From a virus (Duplodnaviria; Heunggongvirae; Uroviricota; Caudoviricetes): DNA of 41,546 bases. Numbering within the stretch: the stretch's first letter is position 1; every line of letters starts with the position of its first letter. The notes below the pieces were generated by a model. The model was not told the DNA's origin, searched no databases, and saw only the letters and a program-made list of their open reading frames with translations. Shown in pieces: positions 36,439 through 41,546 of the stretch. The stretch lies in IMG/VR virus record IMGVR_UViG_2731957818_000004. One strand, written 5' to 3'. Position numbers and translations under genes: made by a program.

Positions 36439-38013
36439 TCACTCGGTCTCTTGAGTAGATGAGTCCCCATTCCCTCGGGGTTGATCTTGCCCGCTTTCTT
36501 GGGCTGTATCTCGATCATAAGTAAGTACTGACTTATTTTCAAGGGTGTTAAGATCATTTTTTGGAGGAAATTTCAAGAGATCTTTTTGAAATTCCTTTTG
36601 CATCGCCTCGGAAATGTTCGGGAAGACCTTCTCGATGAGCATTTCCATCTGATGACGACGAACAGAATCAGGCGCCTGGAGCAGCGACAGTTTCTCAGCA
36701 ACGGCAAACTCGTCAGTCAGACCGCGAATGTCGAAACTTTCCGGGTACGCGATCAGAGAGTGGTCTTCATCCAGTTCGACACCCATCCACTTCGCTGCCA
36801 GCTGCATCATCTGGCGCTCTGCCCTTTCGAGACGTTCTGCTTTCGTCACCAGCAGACTGTTAACACGCTGGAAGTCGTACATCTTCGCTGCGCCCGAAGA
36901 GTTATCGATGCCCTGTGCGTTATCCTGCTTGGTTCGCTCACCTGCCACGCCAACGGAATGGTAGATCTCGTTAATCACCGTCTTAATCGTGGTGATAATC
37001 ATCTGGGCCTGTTTCGGGTCCGGAGACAGGTAGAATGGCTGATTACCGCTCTCAGAGTCGAAGGTGAAGACGCGCTTTGTCCCCATTTCAAGCACTTTGG
37101 TGTGGTTTTCATCGCCCGGCAGCAATGACTGAACCGGGATCGCCAGCTGGCTGAATGTCTGATCCTGAATAATCGCGTCAAGGTTCGACAGGTAGTTGGC
37201 CACGGCGCGATCAAGATAGGCAATATCGTCAATCAACGACGGGCTGAAATACGGAGACTCGCTTTCACCAATGCAATCCACCGGGAACACCGGCACCACG
37301 CCCAAATTATGCTGGCCGCTATCCTCCAGAACGACTTTGGCCTGACGGCGACCGCTATTTCCGGAACCTTTCTTCACTTCTTCACGGAACAGATACCACT
37401 CGTTTTGCGTCCACAGACGGTAACGCTGGTATTCCTGCCCGGTTGACGTGAACGGATCTTCGTCGTCGCGCGCGATTTCAACAATCAGCGCCCACAACAT
37501 ATTGCCGTCTTCATCCCAGGCAACATCAAGCAGCTGCTGCGGCGAAATCCAGTAAGCGTAGGCACGCGCATCATTTTTCTTCTCGTCTGCAACAGACTCA
37601 ACATCGACGTTCATCGTGCTATCCACGACAACCCAGATACGGCCATAAATGGATGATTGCAGATCGATAGCCGCCATAAACGCATCGATGGAGGCGTTCT
37701 GGCGCGTGGCTCGCTTCCAGAAATTGCGGATCTGCTCCGGTGCTTCATCAGTGTTGCGGTGAATGACCTCTTTGAAGAGGTATTTGTTGATGAGGTTTAC
37801 CACTTCGCGCGTATGGTTGAAGCGATAAGCGCGTTCCAGGCGCTCTTTGAACTCCTGATCGCCCTCTTTGAAGTAACGGAAGATATTGTCGTTGAACCAG
37901 GCACGCCCGCCAGCGTAGGTGCTGGCGAGGAAGTCCCAATGTTCTTTTTTCTTCTCATATTCAGGGTGGCGTCGTGCCACAAGGTCTTTGATTTGCTTGT
38001 CAGTCAATTCCAT
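36439..38013 (-). CDS. Portal protein, 524 aa
   Basis: Follows terL; HPEY, YRFNHT, GVVPV, NSSG motifs and an acidic tail. Confidence 0.88.
   Translation of the reverse strand: MELTDKQIKDLVARRHPEYEKKKEHWDFLASTYAGGRAWFNDNIFRYFKEGDQEFKERLERAYRFNHTREVVNLINKYLFKEVIHRNTDEAPEQIRNFWKRATRQNASIDAFMAAIDLQSSIYGRIWVVVDSTMNVDVESVADEKKNDARAYAYWISPQQLLDVAWDEDGNMLWALIVEIARDDEDPFTSTGQEYQRYRLWTQNEWYLFREEVKKGSGNSGRRQAKVVLEDSGQHNLGVVPVFPVDCIGESESPYFSPSLIDDIAYLDRAVANYLSNLDAIIQDQTFSQLAIPVQSLLPGDENHTKVLEMGTKRVFTFDSESGNQPFYLSPDPKQAQMIITTIKTVINEIYHSVGVAGERTKQDNAQGIDNSSGAAKMYDFQRVNSLLVTKAERLERAERQMMQLAAKWMGVELDEDHSLIAYPESFDIRGLTDEFAVAEKLSLLQAPDSVRRHQMEMLIEKVFPNISEAMQKEFQKDLLKFPPKNDLNTLENKSVLTYDRDTAQESGQDQPRGNGDSSTQETE
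36517..36536. promoter_or_regulatory. Motif A site inside the portal 3' end
   Basis: ATAAGTA-AGTACT-GACTTAT, 100 nt before the scaffold start. Confidence 0.5.
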
Positions 38014-38030
38014 TTGATTTTCCTTTCCAC

Positions 38031-38050
38031 TTAGGTATGTACTTACCTAT
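38031..38050. promoter_or_regulatory. Motif A site
   Basis: TTAGGTA-TGTACT-TACCTAT, overlapping the terL stop. Confidence 0.6.
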
Positions 38051-39303
38051 CTAGATCCACCAAGAATAACACGATTTTTCACCGGATACCTACGATGAAC
38101 CGGATAACCCAACGCATCCGCACTGTGTTCGATGCCGCCAGTCTTATCCATATCGCGTGAGCCTGGCTTGTAGATCACCTTCTCCAGCGAGTCGATGAGG
38201 TGTTTGCACTTCGGATCGATGTACAACCGGGTTTCGCCCGAGGCACTCATCAACATGCGGTTCACTGCGTTAACACGGTCTGCGATCGGCGGGTGCTTCT
38301 TCGGATAATCGACTCGAAGGAAACCTTTTTCCTTGAAGATATCGACGTCCGATTCGCCGCGTGCGTGCTGGCGATACGCACCAGCCGGGTCAGGGAAGAT
38401 AGTGACCTGAGACTTCCAGCGCCAGAAACGGCGCTCCAGCTCATCACACACTTCAGCCGTGTTGGAAGAGAACAGCACAACCTCGTCCACGGCCCACAAC
38501 TCGCCATTTGGCTGCGGCTGCAGGATGACCGATGACATAGGGTCGATGTTGAAGTCCTGACCAACCCAGATCGGCAGTTTCGGATTGAACTGGAGTGGCT
38601 TCACATGCACATTGCGGTCGAACGGGTAGTAAACGCGTCCGGACATGTTTTCGAAGCTGGCCAGGTATTCCTGTGCGAACGATTTAGGGTCCATATCGTT
38701 CTTCGCTGCTTCGATTTCCGCGCTCGGTACGAACGGAGAATCAGCCGTAACAAACTGCCAGCTCTTCCACTGCCCCTTGCGTTGCAAATCTTTGTTCTGA
38801 CCGATAGTCCACAGCTTGTGGAACTCGGAGAAGCCTTTTGGCGTACCGATGATCAGCGCACCGCCACGGGTAGAGGACAGTGTCGGACGCAGTACCTTGT
38901 ACCAGGTGTCCGGCTTCATATCCTGAAATTCATCGAGCACCACAAAGTGCAGTGCCACACCACGAAGCGTATCGGGCTTATCCGCACCTTTCAGCGCGAT
39001 TTCAGAGCCGTTCTTCAGCACGATGGTCATCGTGGTGTCGTTTTTCTTACGAACCCATTTACGCGGCAGAACTTCCTGCAGGTCATCCCACAAGATCTGG
39101 CGAGCCATCTGGTACGTCGGTGCGACGTACCAGACACGTTGCTTCTTCTCTTTGGCTGCCGCGCGGATGATGGTGGAGATCGACAACCGGGATTTACCCC
39201 AGCGTCGACCCGCACACACCACTTTGAAACGATGTGGCGACTGAAAGACTTGCATCTGCCCAGAATGCAGCTGTACGAGACTCAGAGACGACGGGATGGC
39301 CAT
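38047..39303 (-). CDS. terL: Terminase large subunit, 418 aa
   Basis: Walker A AGRRWGKS, VAPTY, LRG...VVLDE, GTPKG, GQDFN nuclease motif, EHSADA. Confidence 0.95.
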   Translation of the reverse strand: MAIPSSLSLVQLHSGQMQVFQSPHRFKVVCAGRRWGKSRLSISTIIRAAAKEKKQRVWYVAPTYQMARQILWDDLQEVLPRKWVRKKNDTTMTIVLKNGSEIALKGADKPDTLRGVALHFVVLDEFQDMKPDTWYKVLRPTLSSTRGGALIIGTPKGFSEFHKLWTIGQNKDLQRKGQWKSWQFVTADSPFVPSAEIEAAKNDMDPKSFAQEYLASFENMSGRVYYPFDRNVHVKPLQFNPKLPIWVGQDFNIDPMSSVILQPQPNGELWAVDEVVLFSSNTAEVCDELERRFWRWKSQVTIFPDPAGAYRQHARGESDVDIFKEKGFLRVDYPKKHPPIADRVNAVNRMLMSASGETRLYIDPKCKHLIDSLEKVIYKPGSRDMDKTGGIEHSADALGYPVHRRYPVKNRVILGGSR

Positions 39304-39305
39304 AG

Positions 39306-39947
39306 TTAGACGCTCCCATCACTTTCATCACCAGACGCGTCAGAATCGCCCTCTGCTTCGCTCAGTGCTTCCTCTTCGAGTGACTCAAGCAGATCGTCAT
39401 CAATCAGATCCGGCTCATCATCTTCCTTACGCAGCTGCGCCACCTGGGAAGGCGTAAGTTCGCCAAATACCAGGTTCGGGATTTCGTCTTCTTCGTTCTC
39501 AGCGCGATCCATACCGAGCGCTTTCGAGGATATTTCGAAGCACTTAGCGAGTGTGCCGCTGGCACGCTGGAGACTCTTCAGGTCATCTTCGATGGTTGCG
39601 AGTGGCTTGCCGTCCTTCTTGGCTGTGGCCACCTCATGCATCACCATCCGACCGAGTGCGAATGCCCAATCGTCGTAACGAGTCCGGCGCTCTTCGATTT
39701 TCTCTGCACGCGCCTTCGCACGCAGCTCTGCGTCGGATTTGAGCGACTCGCGCACCATCTTCCCAACGGAGTCCGCGCCTTTCTCTAATCCACGCTTTTT
39801 GAAATGTCTGGAGAGCGTTTCACGACGAATGCCGTACTCTTCCTCCAGCTTGGAGAGTGTGTATTCGCCGGAAGTCCACTTTGCTTCGGCTTCTGCCCAC
39901 TCAGCTGGTGTCAGGCGAGTTTTGCTCTCGTCTTTTTCTACAGTCAT
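39306..39947 (-). CDS. terS: Terminase small subunit, 213 aa
   Basis: N-terminal HTH (W...EYTLSKLEEEYGIRRETL), helical core, acidic tail; abuts terL. Confidence 0.75.
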   Translation of the reverse strand: MTVEKDESKTRLTPAEWAEAEAKWTSGEYTLSKLEEEYGIRRETLSRHFKKRGLEKGADSVGKMVRESLKSDAELRAKARAEKIEERRTRYDDWAFALGRMVMHEVATAKKDGKPLATIEDDLKSLQRASGTLAKCFEISSKALGMDRAENEEDEIPNLVFGELTPSQVAQLRKEDDEPDLIDDDLLESLEEEALSEAEGDSDASGDESDGSV

Positions 39948-39987
39948 AGATCCCTCTAAAACACTCAGAGCGCATCCTTGCGCTCCT

Positions 39988-40025
39988 AAACAACTTGTTT
40001 AATTCAGTGCCTAACCAATTTGTTT
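39988..40025. promoter_or_regulatory. Two motif B sites upstream of terS
   Basis: AAACAA-C-TTGTTT (39988-40000) and AACCAA-T-TTGTTT (40013-40025). Confidence 0.55.
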
Positions 40026-40062
40026 TCTGGGTGTTTAAAACCGGGCTGGGGAGTATTCAGAA

Positions 40063-40117
40063 CCTGCTTCCGTATATATTTAATAAGTCACTTAGTATTT
40101 ATATATACGGAAGCAGG
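40063..40117. repeat. Long inverted repeat, copy 2 of the twin palindromic cassette (motif A-like core at 40083-40102)
   Basis: CCTGCTTCCGTATATAT / ATATATACGGAAGCAGG, perfect 17-bp arms. Confidence 0.85.
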
Positions 40118-40142
40118 CTCTCAAACTGGCTCCCAGACCGAC

Positions 40143-40409
40143 TTACATCACCAGTAATTTGGCTCTGGCACGACCTAACGTGGTCAGCCCCAGCGTGCGA
40201 CGGTGGTAGCCGGAATCACCGCGCTGGCGGCACATTCCTTTCTCCACCAGCCCCTTCTTCACCAGTGCGCGGATCGAGAACTGCATACTCTGTTTGGTCG
40301 TTTTGTACGGCAGCACTTCCAGTAGCTCGTCCAGATCGAGCAGATGCCCACGCTCATGGCCTAAATTGATGGTTTTGATGATGTCTTTTTGTTTGTCGGT
40401 CAACGTCAT
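40143..40409 (-). CDS. Winged-helix (MarR-like) DNA-binding protein, 88 aa
   Basis: LTDKQKDII...SIRALVKKGLV...LTTLG pattern. Confidence 0.7.
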   Translation of the reverse strand: MTLTDKQKDIIKTINLGHERGHLLDLDELLEVLPYKTTKQSMQFSIRALVKKGLVEKGMCRQRGDSGYHRRTLGLTTLGRARAKLLVM

Positions 40410-40418
40410 GGCAAATCC

Positions 40419-41309
40419 TTATGCCGGTAATGCAATTTCAAGAGGTTTATTCAAAGGCTGTTTGTCGAATGCCAGCAGTGGCAGCGTGTCCGGCAGCTGA
40501 CGACCAAAGTCCGGGTTTCGGTACACGCCATACAGCGGAGACGTGAAGCTCAGGTTGTGAATGTCCTTGAGCAGCTTCACGATGCTGGCCTCGTCCACCA
40601 GGCTGTCGGCAATGTCCTGAATCGTCGTGCCACGATTACGCCCGGCTTTGGCCAGGGAACTGTTCTTGTGGTAGTCAGCGACCAGATCACGCAGCGCACG
40701 ACGACGGCGAGACTCACTCATGGCGAACAGCTCTTTGACGATCGCTTCGTTGTCGCCAGGGTCAGAACGGAAATGACGCTGGAAGACGCGCAACGCACTC
40801 TCATAGCTCTTCGGACGCTCCGGACGGATGAACTGGAACCCTGCTTTCATGGCGAACGGGTTGTATTTGCTCATCGACGACTGGATCTCGATGATTGGCC
40901 GGTCGTGCATCCTGCTAACCAGATTAATCATTCGATAGGAGACGCCGACACCGCGGTACTGAGTGTCAACAACGGAACGGCTGATCACCGCAAAGTTGTT
41001 GTTCACGTACCGGCCCCAATACTGGTTGGCCACGGTGGTATTGGTGGTTGGCTTCAGCTTAGGAAACATGCGATGGCGAGGCGCCAGCAGCAGTTTCGGG
41101 TAAGCCATAACCACGACGCCCACCAGCCGGTCGTCCAGTTCGCAGCGGTAATACGTTGGCGCGAACGGCTTACCATCCGTCTTGTAGTGCAGCGACTTCA
41201 GCGCGTGCCAGTCTTCAACCGTGCCTTTGGTTACGGTCATACGCTCCAGAAAGTCCAGATGACGCGGGAACTCTTCCGGGCGGTAGCGTTTGATGATGAT
41301 GCCTGTCAT
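40419..41309 (-). CDS. GNAT-fold acetyltransferase-like protein, ~296 aa
   Basis: ISRSVVDTQYRGVGVS acetyl-CoA-binding motif, NPFAMKAGF; substrate unknown. Confidence 0.7.
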   Translation of the reverse strand: MTGIIIKRYRPEEFPRHLDFLERMTVTKGTVEDWHALKSLHYKTDGKPFAPTYYRCELDDRLVGVVVMAYPKLLLAPRHRMFPKLKPTTNTTVANQYWGRYVNNNFAVISRSVVDTQYRGVGVSYRMINLVSRMHDRPIIEIQSSMSKYNPFAMKAGFQFIRPERPKSYESALRVFQRHFRSDPGDNEAIVKELFAMSESRRRRALRDLVADYHKNSSLAKAGRNRGTTIQDIADSLVDEASIVKLLKDIHNLSFTSPLYGVYRNPDFGRQLPDTLPLLAFDKQPLNKPLEIALPA

Positions 41310-41314
41310 GTCGA

Positions 41315-41546
41315 TCACCTACGCTCGATATTGGCATTGATGAAGTCCAGGCGAAGCGATTCCATCGCCCCAACCATGACGTATGGACGCCCACCGTTAT
41401 GCCAGCAATCCAGCACACTGCCGTCGTTGTTGATCATCAGCAGTGCCAGGCTCTGGCTTTTGCCTTCTCTGGCGTACTGGAGTGCTTCTTCCAGCAGGCG
41501 GATGACTTCAACGTTGTTGTTGTCAGCCTCTTTCGATGGCTTCAGC
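41315..41546 (-). CDS. Hypothetical protein, 5' end outside the window
   Basis: Open frame LKPSKEADNNNVEVIRLLEEAL...INANIERR ending at TGA 41315-41317. Confidence 0.7.
   Translation of the reverse strand, partial: LKPSKEADNNNVEVIRLLEEALQYAREGKSQSLALLMINNDGSVLDCWHNGGRPYVMVGAMESLRLDFINANIERR

Noticed and set aside
40063-40117. Palindromes as N15-type telomere resolution sites
   Set aside because: They have a non-palindromic central spacer, occur twice, and no protelomerase is visible; only full-genome data could reopen this.

Overview
About 41.5 kb of a large temperate phage-plasmid backbone. Gene content and order best fit the SSU5/pHCM2-like group (inferred from gene order, not from a database search). 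Almost all genes are on the minus strand. From right to left: a GNAT-fold gene and a winged-helix gene, terminase small and large subunits, portal, scaffold, major capsid, Ig-domain decoration protein, head-tail joining genes, tail tube, G/GT chaperones with a predicted -1 frameshift, tape measure, lambda-like M/L/K/I/J tail tip, a Cor-like lipoprotein, a long side fibre ending in a T-even gp37-like tip plus a gp38-like adhesin, and a lysis cassette. Next come an inserted ataRT-like GNAT toxin-antitoxin pair, parA with a small partner, an orphan plus-strand gene, a helicase/primase block and an ATP-dependent DNA ligase. The left edge is the outer part of a Tn21-type 38-bp inverted repeat interrupted by IS4321/IS5075, so a Tn21-family transposon is inserted just outside the window. 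The least explained signals are non-coding: a 20-bp dyad at 13 sites, a 13-bp dyad at 5 sites, two near-identical ~55-bp palindromic cassettes 33 kb apart, and a heptad array between parA and the TA operon.
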